Source: Candidatus Latescibacterota bacterium
Lineage (GTDB): Bacteria > Latescibacterota > UBA2968 > UBA8231
Reading direction: 5' to 3'
NCBI GenBank assembly: GCA_965248355.1
Contig: OZ252098.1
Location: 3,872,001-3,936,000, forward strand
DNA length: 64,000 bases
In this document: one piece after another, positions 29,605 to 39,594 of the stretch
Position numbering within the stretch: the stretch's first letter is position 1
How the letters are laid out: each line of letters opens with the position of its first letter
Translations under genes and position numbers: made by a program
The notes under the pieces: generated by a model
Seen by the model: the letters and a program-made list of their open reading frames with translations, nothing else
What the model was told of the DNA's origin: nothing
Database searches by the model: none

Positions 29605-30516
29605 CTATCCCGGCCGGGACCGCCCGCCTCGCCAGGGCACATCACCCTTTGCCGCCGCCGCCCGGGGGAGTGCCGCCAGCGCCTGCCGCAGGTAGGCCGC
29701 GTCCTCGCGGGCCCATTCCTCCAGGTTCGGCGGAGAGCTCTCGGCGTAGCCCACCTGCCGAATGATCGCCTCGTCGAAGCTGTACTCGGTGTGTACGGTC
29801 AGCGGTCCCTCGAAGCCGAAGCCGCGCAGGATGCCGAGGCAGCGGCTCCAGTCGACGCAGCCTTCCCCCACCTTGACGAAGCAGGGGTTCCAGGGCGGCC
29901 TCCTGTCCGGCTCGCGGCGGTAGATGGCGTCCTTGATGCCCACGACGGAGAGGTGGGCGCGGACCATGGCCAGTCCCATCTCCCAGTCCTCGCCGTCGAG
30001 GGCCTGGTGCCCGAGATCGGGATAGGCGCCGACGTGGCGCGGGTCGAACCCCCGGATCAGGTGCATCAGCCCGGCGCAGTTCGAGCCGAGGCAGGCCCCG
30101 CTGTGGACCTGGTAGCAGGTCTGAACCCCGTGCTTCGCGCTGTGCCTGGCGAAGGCTTCCAGATCCCTTCGGGCCGCATCGACGGCCCCCCAGTAGTCGC
30201 CGCCCGGCGAGAACCGCCAGAACCCGATCTTCAGCCGCGGGACCCCGGCCTCGGCGCAAGCGGCGTACAGGCTTTCAGCGGCGGGAGAGGCGGGATCGAT
30301 GAAGTCCGTGGGCGCGGTAGCCAGCGGGCAGGAAAGCCCCTGCCGGCGCCAGACATCCACCGCCTTGGGAAGCCCGGCCGCGGCGTTGCCGGGATGAACC
30401 GGGTGACCCGGGCGGACGCAGACATCGATGCCGTCGTAGCCCAGCTCGAGCGCCTTGTCCCCCAGCTCGGGGACCGGCAGGCTGGAGAAGAACTTGGAGT
30501 TCAGGACGATCTGCAT
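29605..30516 (-). CDS. sugar phosphate isomerase/epimerase (xylose isomerase-like TIM barrel)
   Basis: Start reset to ATG 30516; LGYDGIDVCVRPG, YPDLGH, VGIKD, GEGCVDW, GPLTVHTEY. Confidence 0.85.
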   Translation of the reverse strand: MQIVLNSKFFSSLPVPELGDKALELGYDGIDVCVRPGHPVHPGNAAAGLPKAVDVWRRQGLSCPLATAPTDFIDPASPAAESLYAACAEAGVPRLKIGFWRFSPGGDYWGAVDAARRDLEAFARHSAKHGVQTCYQVHSGACLGSNCAGLMHLIRGFDPRHVGAYPDLGHQALDGEDWEMGLAMVRAHLSVVGIKDAIYRREPDRRPPWNPCFVKVGEGCVDWSRCLGILRGFGFEGPLTVHTEYSFDEAIIRQVGYAESSPPNLEEWAREDAAYLRQALAALPRAAAAKGDVPWRGGRSRPG

Positions 30517-30542
30517 AGCCGTTCTCCGCTTACCAAACCCCC

Positions 30543-30710
30543 GGGGCGGCGCAGGCCGCGCCGAGCGGCGCACTACGTATCCAGAAGGCCCAGAGATCCG
30601 AGCGCAGCGAGGGGCTCGCCAGCCCCTCGAACCATCCCTTTCACGATGGATCCCCAGCTTGGCCCGGCGTACGCGCCGCCGAGGCGCGGCCGAAGCCGCC
30701 GGCGCCGCCC
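30543..30710 (+). repeat. structured intergenic repeat, copy 2
   Basis: Left arm (3' part shortened), central AGGCCCAGAGATCCGAGCGCAGCGAGGGGCTCGCC cassette, full right arm. Confidence 0.9.
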
Positions 30711-30721
30711 TGAGAGGTGAA

Positions 30722-31594
30722 TCATCCCTCCCGGGGTGTGTATTTCGCCTCCCATGCCCGCGCCTCGGGAAAGCCGATCAGCTCGTCCAGCTCCGCAAAG
30801 TCCGCCATCTCCCCGGTGACCTCCCGCGTCGTTCCATCCTCCTTCAAGGCCCGCAGCGTCTTCTGGATCGACCGGATGCAGCCGAGAATCAGCGAGTGCG
30901 GATAGGCGGCGATCTTGAACCCCAGCTCCTGGAGCTCGGCCGCTGAGAGGAAGGGCGTCTTCCCTCCTTCTATCAGATTGGCCATGGTAGGGACGCCGAA
31001 GGAACCGGCCGCGGCCTTCAGCTCCTCCACCGTGGTCGGCGCCTCCAGAAAGACGACGTCCGCTCCCGCCCGCTCGTAGAGCCTGCCGCGCTCCACGGCC
31101 TCCTCCAGCCCCATGACGGCGATGGCGTCGGTGCGCGCGATGATCAGGAAATCGTCGCTGCGGCGGGAGTGGGCGGCGGCCTCGATCTTGAGCGCCATCT
31201 CCTCCGCCCCGATCAGCCGCTTGCCGGGGGTGTGGCCGCATTTCTTCGGCATCTCCTGGTCTTCGATCTGAATCGCCTGGGCCCCGGCCTGCTCGTATTC
31301 CTGGACCGTGCGGCGCATGTTGAGGGCGTTCCCGTACCCGGTGTCGCCGTCGGCGAGGACGGGAAGGCCGACACAGCGGACCAAGTTGTGGACCCGCTCC
31401 AGCATTTCGGAGAACGTGGCCAGACCCGCGTCGGGCAGCCCGACGTGAGAAGCCACGTGGGCGTAACCGCCGAGATAGACGGCCTCGAAGCCGGCCTGCT
31501 CGATGAGGCGGGCCGAGATCATGTCGTAGCAGCAGGGGGCGACCAGGATCCGGTCGCGCGCCAGCAGTTGCTTGAGTGTGGGTTGGTTCTCCAT
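30722..31594 (-). CDS. isocitrate lyase/PEP mutase family (methylisocitrate lyase-like)
   Basis: Start reset to ATG 31594; YDMISAR, GLPDAG, ADGDTGYG, IEDQEMPKKCGH, IIARTDA, ANLIEGGKTP. Confidence 0.92.
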   Translation of the reverse strand: MENQPTLKQLLARDRILVAPCCYDMISARLIEQAGFEAVYLGGYAHVASHVGLPDAGLATFSEMLERVHNLVRCVGLPVLADGDTGYGNALNMRRTVQEYEQAGAQAIQIEDQEMPKKCGHTPGKRLIGAEEMALKIEAAAHSRRSDDFLIIARTDAIAVMGLEEAVERGRLYERAGADVVFLEAPTTVEELKAAAGSFGVPTMANLIEGGKTPFLSAAELQELGFKIAAYPHSLILGCIRSIQKTLRALKEDGTTREVTGEMADFAELDELIGFPEARAWEAKYTPREG

Positions 31595-31624
31595 TTCGCC
31601 TCGGCAGGGCAAGAGAGGAGGGCC

Positions 31625-31653
31625 ATTATCGTCGGTCCGCCCGGAGGGGGCAA
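31625..31653 (-). promoter_or_regulatory. putative sigma70 promoter for the ICL/PEP mutase gene
   Basis: Minus strand TTGCCC-17 nt-GATAAT. Confidence 0.45.
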
Positions 31654-31659
31654 GGGCAG

Positions 31660-31850
31660 CTACTCCTCCAGAATCGGCAGGCAAACCTCGAAGCAGGTGC
31701 CGCCGCCGTCCCGCGGCCGGCAGGTCGCCTCGCCGCCGTGGCGTCGCGCGATCTGGCGCACCAGGCTCAGCCCCACCCGACGCCCTTCTCATCGTTTCCG
31801 TCCTTGTCCCGGCTTCCCTGGCCGCGGTAGAACGGTTCGAAGATGCGGCG
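31660..31850 (-). pseudogene. relic of a sensor histidine kinase HATPase_c C-terminus
   Basis: RIFEPFYRGQGSRDKDGNDEKGVG(frameshift)GLSLVRQIARRHGGEATCRPRDGGGTCFEVCLPILEE*, containing F and G2 boxes. Confidence 0.85.
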
Positions 31851-31970
31851 CGGACTGCTGCTACAGCTCGCCGGCGGGTCTCGGCCGACCCACCCGGCGG
31901 CACCCATGACGGCCACTTTGAGTACAATAGAGGCCCCCCCTGGAGGGATGGAATCAGGAGCCACTGACCC

Positions 31971-33422
31971 ATGGCAGTGCATATCGGCAGCGACAGGCAG
32001 CTCTTCGTGGATGACCACGTCATCGAGGAGCTGGACGGACTTGAGCGGGTCAGCCAGCGGCCCACCAAGCTGGGCCGGCCGGTCCTGGAGGGGACCGAGC
32101 CCTGGGAAAAGGCGACCGCCGCCATCATCGGCAATTCCCTGCACTACGACGCTGAAGACGGCCTGTTCAAGGCCTGGTACGACACCGCCGCCGGAGTCGC
32201 CTATGCCACGTCGCGGGACGGTCTCCAGTGGGACAAGCCGAGGCTCGGGATTCTCGAGCATGATGGATCCACGGCCAACAACCTGGTGAGCCCCGGCCGG
32301 AACTTCAGCGTCGTCAAGGACCCGCGGGCCGATGACCCGGCGCAGCTGTACAAGGCCATGTACTGGCACTCCCGCAGGGACCCCGATGCGCCGTGGGGCG
32401 GCAAAGGCCACTTCGTGGCCTGTTCCCCCGATGGCGTGCACTGGACTCCGGAAACGCGGAATCCCGTCATCGACTTTCGCAACGGCCTGACGGACGGCCA
32501 GTTCGTCCTGGGCTGGGATCCTGCCCACGGCAAGTAAGTGGCTTACATGCGGCCCAACGTCTACTTCTTCGATCCCAAGAAGAGGACTTCGGCCTGGGTC
32601 GCAAGCGACGACTTCATCAACTGGGGCCCGCCGGTCCTGGCGGTTGCGCCCGACGACTCGGACGGGCCCGAGATCGAATACTACCGGATGAGCGTGGCCA
32701 GGTACGAGGGCATCTACCTGGGCTTCATCTGGGTCTACCACAACGACGAGGCGGAGTTCGCGGACCAGTCGCGGGACACGGTCCTGGCCGCGAGCCGCGA
32801 CGGCATCACCTGGAGCAGGCCCTTCGGGAGCGAGACCTTCCTCGAGACGGGGGCGCCCGGGGACTGGGACTCGCGATGGGCGAGCGTCTGCAACATGATC
32901 CCCGTGGGAGATGAGCTGCGGCTCTACTACTCCGGCGCCAACATACCCCACAACGTCCTGGCCGAGGGCGGGGGCCGCGGGTCGGTTCGGGACTGGCCGG
33001 GAAGGGTGATCGACGGCGAGCGCCGGGCCTACGCGGTGGGCCTGGCCAGGCTGCGGCGCGACGGCTTCGCTGCACTCAGAGCGACGGCGGGTGAAGGGAC
33101 GTTGACGACCCGGCCGGTCACCTTCCTCGGCACGACGCTCCACCTGAATGTGGACAGCTCGGGGGGCAGCGTGGAGGTGGAGGTGACGGACGCCGGAGGC
33201 CAACCGCTGGAAGGCTATTCCCGTGCGGACTGCCTGCCCATCTCCACGGACTCGACGGACATGACCGTGAAATGGAGAGGTGAGAAGGACCTCGTACATG
33301 CCACGGACACGGCGTCCGACCTCGGAGGTGACACCCTGGCCTTCAAGTCGCAGCTCAGGAAGCCCGTGCGGCTGAGATTCCATCTCAGGGACGCGAGTCT
33401 GTATTCGTTCCGGGTCTGCTGA
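31971..33422 (+). pseudogene. beta-propeller glycoside hydrolase-like gene split by an in-frame TAA
   Basis: ORFs 31971-32537 and 32538-33422 are in the same frame: WDPAHGK*VAYMRP; paralogous motifs to gene 24622 (RQLFVDD, YATSRDGLQWDKPRLG, GLARLRRDGF). Confidence 0.8.
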
Positions 33423-34267
33423 TGAAGTTCAGCAGGAAACAATTGGAGCAGTACCGCTTGCGCGGCTACGTCATCGTGGACTGCCCCTTCCCCGAGAGTC
33501 TGACCGAGGAATGCATGGCGGCGGTGGAGAGGGTTGCCCGGGACCCCTCGGAGGGACCGGCGGACGGCAGGAAGAGGAATCACTTTCGACTGCGGCCCCA
33601 GGTGGAAGACTCGTACTGGTGCTCCCTCGATCACTCCCTGCCGTTCATGAAGATCATCCTGCACCCCGAAATCATCGAGCTCGCCCGCCAGCTGAACGGA
33701 GAGAGCGATATCTATCTGCGCAACGGCGGGATCAACGAGCAGGCGCCGGACCGATCGGTGGGGTGGCACATCGACGGCGGGCCCGAGTGGGCGGAGTTCA
33801 TGCACTACTTCTCCGGGGCTTCGCGGGAGAACGGGTGTCTGCGCATCGTGCCGGGCAGTCACAGGGGGCCGCCCACCGCTCTCGAGGAGAAGGCGGCCCG
33901 CCTCAGAGATGAACGTGGCATTCCCGGCTCCCAGGCCGATGACGGCTGGGAGGATGTCCCCCTCGACGAAGAGATCTCCCTGGAGGTGGAGCCCCACCAG
34001 TTGGTCGTGCGCCACTCGAGACTGTTTCACTCGACCTGGCTCAACCGGACGGATGACGGCCGGTACATGAGTCACTGGCTGTTCCACCCCCACACGATCG
34101 ACAACCATCGCTTCACCTGGGGGGACTACCTGACCCCGGAGCTGCTCGATGCGCTGAGTCCCGAGCAGCGGGAGGTGCTGTGGCTGGAGCGGGACTTCGC
34201 CATCGATCCCGCGTACGACCGCGAGCGGTCGCGCGAGTTGGGCCGGGTGACGTGGGGCATGAGATGA
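33422..34267 (+). CDS. PhyH family dioxygenase
   Basis: YRLRGYVIV, WHID, ENGCLRIVPGSH, LFHSTWLN. Confidence 0.9.
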   Translation: MKFSRKQLEQYRLRGYVIVDCPFPESLTEECMAAVERVARDPSEGPADGRKRNHFRLRPQVEDSYWCSLDHSLPFMKIILHPEIIELARQLNGESDIYLRNGGINEQAPDRSVGWHIDGGPEWAEFMHYFSGASRENGCLRIVPGSHRGPPTALEEKAARLRDERGIPGSQADDGWEDVPLDEEISLEVEPHQLVVRHSRLFHSTWLNRTDDGRYMSHWLFHPHTIDNHRFTWGDYLTPELLDALSPEQREVLWLERDFAIDPAYDRERSRELGRVTWGMR

Positions 34268-35544
34268 CGCCCTGGGAAGAGAACATTCAGCAGGCGAGGG
34301 CGGTGGCGCTCGAGATCCTGAAACCGGCGCCCGAGCAGTTGGAGCGCGGGCTGGCCCTGCACCGGGATGCCATCGTGTGCGAGTCGTACAGCCTCGGGCT
34401 GCAGGCGCCGGTCGACGGCGAGGCCGTGGCGCAGGCCGTGGAGTCGGGGGCGTCGGAGGTCGAGCTGCAGTACCTGTCGGAGCAGATGCGGATGACGCGC
34501 TGGGCCTGCGACGACGAGCTGAAGGCCGAGTACCTGGGGGCCTGGGAGGCGTCCGGGGTGACCTGCGCCTTCCAGAACACCGGCGAAGAGGGCAACGACC
34601 CCATGCGCATGCTGGGGCGGCTGGCGCACTACACCCATCTGACGGACCGCATGCGCGACCACGTGGCCCGCGCCCCCTTCCCCGACGACATCGTCGCCGC
34701 CAAGACGGCCGGCCGGCACTGCATCTATCAGACCTGCAACGGCGTGCCTCTCCCCGGCGAGCAGGCCACGGTGGAGCAGGAGCTGCGCTTCATCAGCCTG
34801 CTCTTCGAGCTCGGCTGCCGCATGATGCACCTGACCTACAACCGCCGCAATCCGATCGGCGACGGCTGTGCCGAGCCGGCCAACGCCGGTCTGAGCGAGT
34901 TCGGCCGCGCCGTGATCGCCGAGATGAACAAGGTCGGCGTGATCATCGACGTGGCCCACTCCGGCTGGCGGACCTGCCTGGAGGCGGCCGAGGCGTCGGC
35001 CAGGCCGATCGTGTCCAGCCATTCGGCCTGCGCGGCCTTGAACCACCACCACCGCTGCAAGCCGGACGACGTGATGCGGGCCATCGCCGGCAAGGGCGGG
35101 ACCCTGGGCATCACCAACGTGCCGGCCTTTCTCGGCGGCAGCGGCTGCATCGACGCCATGCTCGACCACGTCGACCACGCGGTGAAGGTGGTCGGCGCCG
35201 ATCACGTGACCATCGGCACGGACCGAGCCTACGTCAGCTGCCGGGCCGGGGAGGAGAACGCCAAGGTCCGGGGGCGGCGGGGAGTCCGCCGGCGCTGGGA
35301 GGCGTTGTGGCCGGCCGACGATCCCGTGCAGCGGCCCGAGTGGCGCCAGGACCGCATGGTCCGGAGCCTGGCGTGGACGAACTTCCCGCTCTTCACCGTC
35401 GGCCTGGTGCAGCGGGGTCATGCCGATGAAGACATCCGCAAGATCCTCGGCGGCAACATCCTCAGAGTCGCCCGGGAGGTCCTGGGAGAGCATCGAGAAG
35501 ACCGGGGCGAGGCCGCCTCCGCGGCCCCATCGGAGGCGAACTGA
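34264..35544 (+). CDS. membrane dipeptidase (M19) family protein
   Basis: Start reset to ATG 34264; HLTYNRRN, GLSEFGRAVIAEMNKVGVIIDVAH, VSSHS, DHVTIGTD, KILGGNILRV. Confidence 0.9.
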   Translation: MTPWEENIQQARAVALEILKPAPEQLERGLALHRDAIVCESYSLGLQAPVDGEAVAQAVESGASEVELQYLSEQMRMTRWACDDELKAEYLGAWEASGVTCAFQNTGEEGNDPMRMLGRLAHYTHLTDRMRDHVARAPFPDDIVAAKTAGRHCIYQTCNGVPLPGEQATVEQELRFISLLFELGCRMMHLTYNRRNPIGDGCAEPANAGLSEFGRAVIAEMNKVGVIIDVAHSGWRTCLEAAEASARPIVSSHSACAALNHHHRCKPDDVMRAIAGKGGTLGITNVPAFLGGSGCIDAMLDHVDHAVKVVGADHVTIGTDRAYVSCRAGEENAKVRGRRGVRRRWEALWPADDPVQRPEWRQDRMVRSLAWTNFPLFTVGLVQRGHADEDIRKILGGNILRVAREVLGEHREDRGEAASAAPSEAN

Positions 35545-36551
35545 TGTACCAGCATCTGGACCGCATCACTCTCAAATCGGGTGAAGCCGTAGAGGCCGGC
35601 GTCGTGCAAGGCCCTGATCTCCAATGGGCCGCCCGCATCGAGACCCTGCTGAGCCACAAGGGCCCACCCTGGCGCTGGGGCAACGAGCAGGTCCTGCGCA
35701 CGGGGACCGGCCTCGGCGTCTTCTTCTACCTGGTGCTGCGCGATGGCGTTCCCTTTGCCAACATGATGACCATCGAATCCCGGGGGGTGGGCCTCCTCGG
35801 CCACGTCTACACCCGCCCCGAGGACCGCCGCCAGGGTGCCGCCATGCAGCTGCTGGCCCGCCTCATGGACCACTTCCGCCAGCGCGGCGGACAGGCGCTC
35901 TTCCTGGGCACGGGGTACGATGCTCCGCCCTATTACATATATAGAGCCCACGGTTTCGCCGGGGTCGAGCCGGAAAGCGGCCAGATGGCCTACTACAGCA
36001 CCTCCGAGGAGGAATTCGCCAGGACCTTCTTCGCCCCGGGTCCCACGGCCATGGAGCCGGCTGGCTGGCTGCACTGGCCCGCCTCGATCCCCCTGTTCAT
36101 TGGGGCTTTCCCGGGAGTCGTGCGCGCCGCCGGCCTGGACCTGCTGGGCCGCCGCTCCACCGAGGGGCCCCTGCTGCCCCTGCTGCAGGACAGCGTGGAG
36201 CGCAGCGCGAGCGGCCGGCCGCCCCGGGCCCTGGCCCTGGTGCAGGAAGCCACCCGCGCCGTGGCGGGTTGGGCCATGTTGTCGGATCACCCGCTGTGGC
36301 CCGAGGCCTGCCTGGTCGACCTGTACTGCCACCCGGACTTCTGGGACGAGGGGACGGCCTTGCTCCAGGGGCTGGAGATCCCCGCAAGGCACACGTGCGT
36401 GGCCTGCTGCGATGCTGGTCAGCGCGAGAAGGCCGCCGCCCTGGCTGCGGCTGGCTTCCGTTGCAGCGCTACTTTGAGTCAGAGGGTGGCCGCCGACCGC
36501 AGGCAATCGAGTTGGGTTGACGTGGAGGTGTGGGAGAGTCACCGTGGATGA
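35544..36551 (+). CDS. GNAT family N-acetyltransferase
   Basis: GHVYTRPEDRRQGAA acetyl-CoA loop, YYIYRAHGF. Confidence 0.85.
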   Translation: MYQHLDRITLKSGEAVEAGVVQGPDLQWAARIETLLSHKGPPWRWGNEQVLRTGTGLGVFFYLVLRDGVPFANMMTIESRGVGLLGHVYTRPEDRRQGAAMQLLARLMDHFRQRGGQALFLGTGYDAPPYYIYRAHGFAGVEPESGQMAYYSTSEEEFARTFFAPGPTAMEPAGWLHWPASIPLFIGAFPGVVRAAGLDLLGRRSTEGPLLPLLQDSVERSASGRPPRALALVQEATRAVAGWAMLSDHPLWPEACLVDLYCHPDFWDEGTALLQGLEIPARHTCVACCDAGQREKAAALAAAGFRCSATLSQRVAADRRQSSWVDVEVWESHRG

Positions 36552-36570
36552 GAAAGGACGGCAAGAGCAA

Positions 36571-37983
36571 ATGGCCGAGCTTCAGCTCCTGACCGATGAC
36601 CAGATGCGGCAGTTCATCGTCAACGGGTACGTGGTCGTGCGCCCCGAGCTGGACGCCGGCCTGCACGAGAGGATCTTCGACGAGACCGAGGCGGTCTTCG
36701 AGAAGGAAGGCAACCCGGGCAACAACCTCCTGCCGAGGATCCCGGCGGTGCAGCAGATTCTCGACTCCCCCGAGGTCCGGGGAGGGCTGACCAGCATTCT
36801 CGGAGAGGGCTACTACACGCAGCCGCACCGCCACTGCCACTTCAATCCGCCCGGCAGCCAGGGGCAGGACCTGCACCAGGACGGCGGCAGCCGGTGGTCC
36901 CACCACACGCGCCGGATCCTGCTGTTCTACTACCCCCAGGACACGACGGAGGAGCTGGGCCCGACGGCGATCGTGCCCGGAAGCCACTACTACGCTACCA
37001 GGGAGGGCGTGGCCGCTTCCGGCGAGTTGCCGCTGTGCGGCCAGGCCGGGACCGTGGCGATCGTCCACTACGACCTTTTCCACCGGGCCACCCCGAACCG
37101 CAGCGACCGCAATCGCTACATGATGAAGTTCCTCTTCGCGCGCACGGCGGAGCCCAGGTCGCCCAGTTGGCGCAACGAGGGACCCGCCTGGCCGGCGGAC
37201 GGGAGTGCGCTGGACCCCGACCCTCCGGGGGGGCCTGATCGCAGGATGCACGAGCACGTCTGGGATTGGCACTGCGGCAGGACCACGAACGGGACGGCAC
37301 AAGACGGGCAGCCCGTGGCCGCGGACCCGGCGGAAGGGGTGGCGGAGCTGCTGGCGGGGATGGAGGACGGCTGCGAGGCCGACAGACTGCGCGCCGCCTA
37401 TGCCCTGAGCGGAGCCGGCTCGGCCGCGGCCCCGGGGTTGACGCGGCTGCTGCGCGCCGATTCCCAGGAGTTGAGACGCAACGCCTGCCACGCTCTGAGC
37501 GCCATCGGAGAGGCGGCCGTGGGCCCCCTGATCGACTCGCTGCAGGGCGGCGCCGCCGAGCACGAGCGCGCCGAGGCGGCCGAGACCCTTGGGGACATCG
37601 GTCTGGCGGCGGGGCCGGCCATACCGTCCCTGACGGGGCGGTTGCGGGACGAATCGCCCCAGGTCCGCGCCCAGGCCGCCGAGGCGCTGGGGACGATCGC
37701 CCAGACCGACGCCGCTGCCGCCCCGGCGCTGGCCGAGACGCTCGGCGACGAGAGTGACCTCGTGCGTCGCAACGCTGCCTTCTCGCTGGTCCGGCTGGGG
37801 CCGCACGCGGAGGCGGCGATTCCGGCCCTGGGGGACGTTCTCTACGACGAGGACAGGTACGTGCGCGGCGATGCCGCGCAGGCCCTGCTGAGGATAGGTA
37901 CCCGGCAGGCCTGGGAGGCGGTGCGGCCGTTCCTCGAGACCTCGAGGTGGTGCCCCCTGACAACGAGGGAGAGCACCTACTAG
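36571..37983 (+). CDS. PhyH dioxygenase fused to C-terminal HEAT/PBS-lyase repeats
   Basis: Start ATG 36571; FIVNGYVVV, LHQD, GPTAIVPGSH, LFHRATPN; then about six repeats (VRAQAAEALGTI, VRRNAAFSL). Confidence 0.9.
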   Translation: MAELQLLTDDQMRQFIVNGYVVVRPELDAGLHERIFDETEAVFEKEGNPGNNLLPRIPAVQQILDSPEVRGGLTSILGEGYYTQPHRHCHFNPPGSQGQDLHQDGGSRWSHHTRRILLFYYPQDTTEELGPTAIVPGSHYYATREGVAASGELPLCGQAGTVAIVHYDLFHRATPNRSDRNRYMMKFLFARTAEPRSPSWRNEGPAWPADGSALDPDPPGGPDRRMHEHVWDWHCGRTTNGTAQDGQPVAADPAEGVAELLAGMEDGCEADRLRAAYALSGAGSAAAPGLTRLLRADSQELRRNACHALSAIGEAAVGPLIDSLQGGAAEHERAEAAETLGDIGLAAGPAIPSLTGRLRDESPQVRAQAAEALGTIAQTDAAAAPALAETLGDESDLVRRNAAFSLVRLGPHAEAAIPALGDVLYDEDRYVRGDAAQALLRIGTRQAWEAVRPFLETSRWCPLTTRESTY

Positions 37984-38037
37984 GCCGGTCTCTCGCGGAT
38001 ATAGCACGGTCAAAGCGGGCGATGCGGTACCTTCCCT

Positions 38038-38069
38038 TGATGGCCAACCCGCCTGATGGCCAACCCGCC
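38038..38069. repeat. perfect 16-bp tandem duplication (TGATGGCCAACCCGCC x2)
   Basis: 38038-38053 is identical to 38054-38069; intergenic, 30 nt upstream of ATG 38100. Confidence 0.9.
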
Positions 38070-38099
38070 GGTGACGATCCCTCACATGGAGGTTTGCCC

Positions 38100-39584
38100 A
38101 TGCCCGTCCCTCGGTTCACAACCCTCTTCGCCCTTGTCCTGGGAGTTGCGATGACCGCCTCGGCAGAGACCAGTGATCGACCGGCGGACTTCGGCAAGCG
38201 CTGGGTGCGGTCCCATCCGTTCACGATCATGGCCCTGACCCAGCGCCCCGCGGCGGTGCAGGACGACCGCTACGCGGAGGTCGGCTGCAACACCATGCTG
38301 GCGTGGAAGCGCTGGGAAAGACTGGCCCCGGCGGCGCAGCGCATGGGCATCCCCTACCACTGCCACCTCAGCAAGGGGCTGCTCGGCGGCGAGCTGATGC
38401 GCGCCAGGCGCCATGAGTACGAGGAGATGGACCCCGCTCAGAAGGCAGCGGCCATGGAGGCCAGCCGCCCCGACCCCATGGGGGACGAGCTGCGAACGCG
38501 TATCGATCAGCTGGTGGACAGCTATCCGGGAGCCGAGGGGTTCATCGTCTGGGACGAACCGAAGCGCCCGTCCATGAAGACGGCGGGGAAGGTCGTCTCC
38601 TGGCTCAAGGAGAGATTCCCCGAGACCCTCGTCTATTCCAACGCCTACCCGTACGGCGCGCAGACCGGCAAGTACTTCGGCGGCCGATGGGAGGGCCCCG
38701 GCACCTACCAGGAACCCACCATCCCCTACGACTACGCCCAGTACCTGCGCGATCTCGTGCAGATCATCGGGTCCGACCTGGTGATGGTCGACGTCTACCC
38801 CTACAAGCTGCCGCCGGAGGGCATCGAGGCCGAGTACCTGCACAAGAGCTACTTCAAGTGCCTTGCCGATACCCGGCGCGTCGGCCTGGAGCTGGACGTG
38901 CCCTACTGGATCTTCGTCCAGGCCTACGGCAAGGAGCGCTACAGGCGCATGCCGAGCGAGTCGGACCTGAGGATGCAGCTCTTCGCGTCCCTGACCCTCG
39001 GCTTCACGGGGATCTCGTACTTCACGTACGACCACGTCTTCGACGGGGCCCTGCTGCGGGGCGAGGACACCCACGAGACCACGGACCTGTACCGGCATGC
39101 GGCCCGTGCCAGCGTGGAGGTGGCCAACCTCGGCCGAACCCTGCGGTTCCTCACCAGCACCGACGTGCGCTTCGTCGCCGGCCACAGCACGGCCGACAGC
39201 AGGACCGATTTCAACCTGACCCCCCACGGGCTGGTGGCGCACGATCCACGCAAGCCGGTCGGGCCGATTCAGGAGATCGCCCTCTCCGTGGCCGGCCCCG
39301 GGCAGGACGCCCTGATCGGTCTCTTTCGGGACGACGACGGCGGCGCCTACCTCATGGTGACCAACCTCTACCGGTCCGCGGGCGTGGGGGCCGACGACGC
39401 CCACCAGGAGGTGACGTTGACCTTTGATCCGGCTGTCGAGCGGCTGCACCGGTTGCACCGGGAGACCGGGGCCGTTGAAGCAGTCGTTCTGGATGACCAT
39501 CGCGTGACCATCACCCTGCCCGCCGGCACGGGCGACCTGTTCAGCATCGACGACGCGGTCTTCCCCGGCCTCGGGGACGGCTGA
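38100..39584 (+). CDS. secreted hypothetical protein, glycoside hydrolase TIM-barrel-like
   Basis: GGAGG RBS, signal peptide (LFALVLGVAMTASA), FIVWDEP, DVYPY, LGFTGISYFTY. Confidence 0.65.
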   Translation: MPVPRFTTLFALVLGVAMTASAETSDRPADFGKRWVRSHPFTIMALTQRPAAVQDDRYAEVGCNTMLAWKRWERLAPAAQRMGIPYHCHLSKGLLGGELMRARRHEYEEMDPAQKAAAMEASRPDPMGDELRTRIDQLVDSYPGAEGFIVWDEPKRPSMKTAGKVVSWLKERFPETLVYSNAYPYGAQTGKYFGGRWEGPGTYQEPTIPYDYAQYLRDLVQIIGSDLVMVDVYPYKLPPEGIEAEYLHKSYFKCLADTRRVGLELDVPYWIFVQAYGKERYRRMPSESDLRMQLFASLTLGFTGISYFTYDHVFDGALLRGEDTHETTDLYRHAARASVEVANLGRTLRFLTSTDVRFVAGHSTADSRTDFNLTPHGLVAHDPRKPVGPIQEIALSVAGPGQDALIGLFRDDDGGAYLMVTNLYRSAGVGADDAHQEVTLTFDPAVERLHRLHRETGAVEAVVLDDHRVTITLPAGTGDLFSIDDAVFPGLGDG

Positions 39585-39594
39585 CTCCACGGGT

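Noticed and set aside
32535..32537. Stop-codon recoding or alternative genetic code
   Set aside because: TAA terminates other genes normally (10994-10996, 21127, 59938); selenocysteine and pyrrolysine use TGA and TAG; this is a single isolated case.
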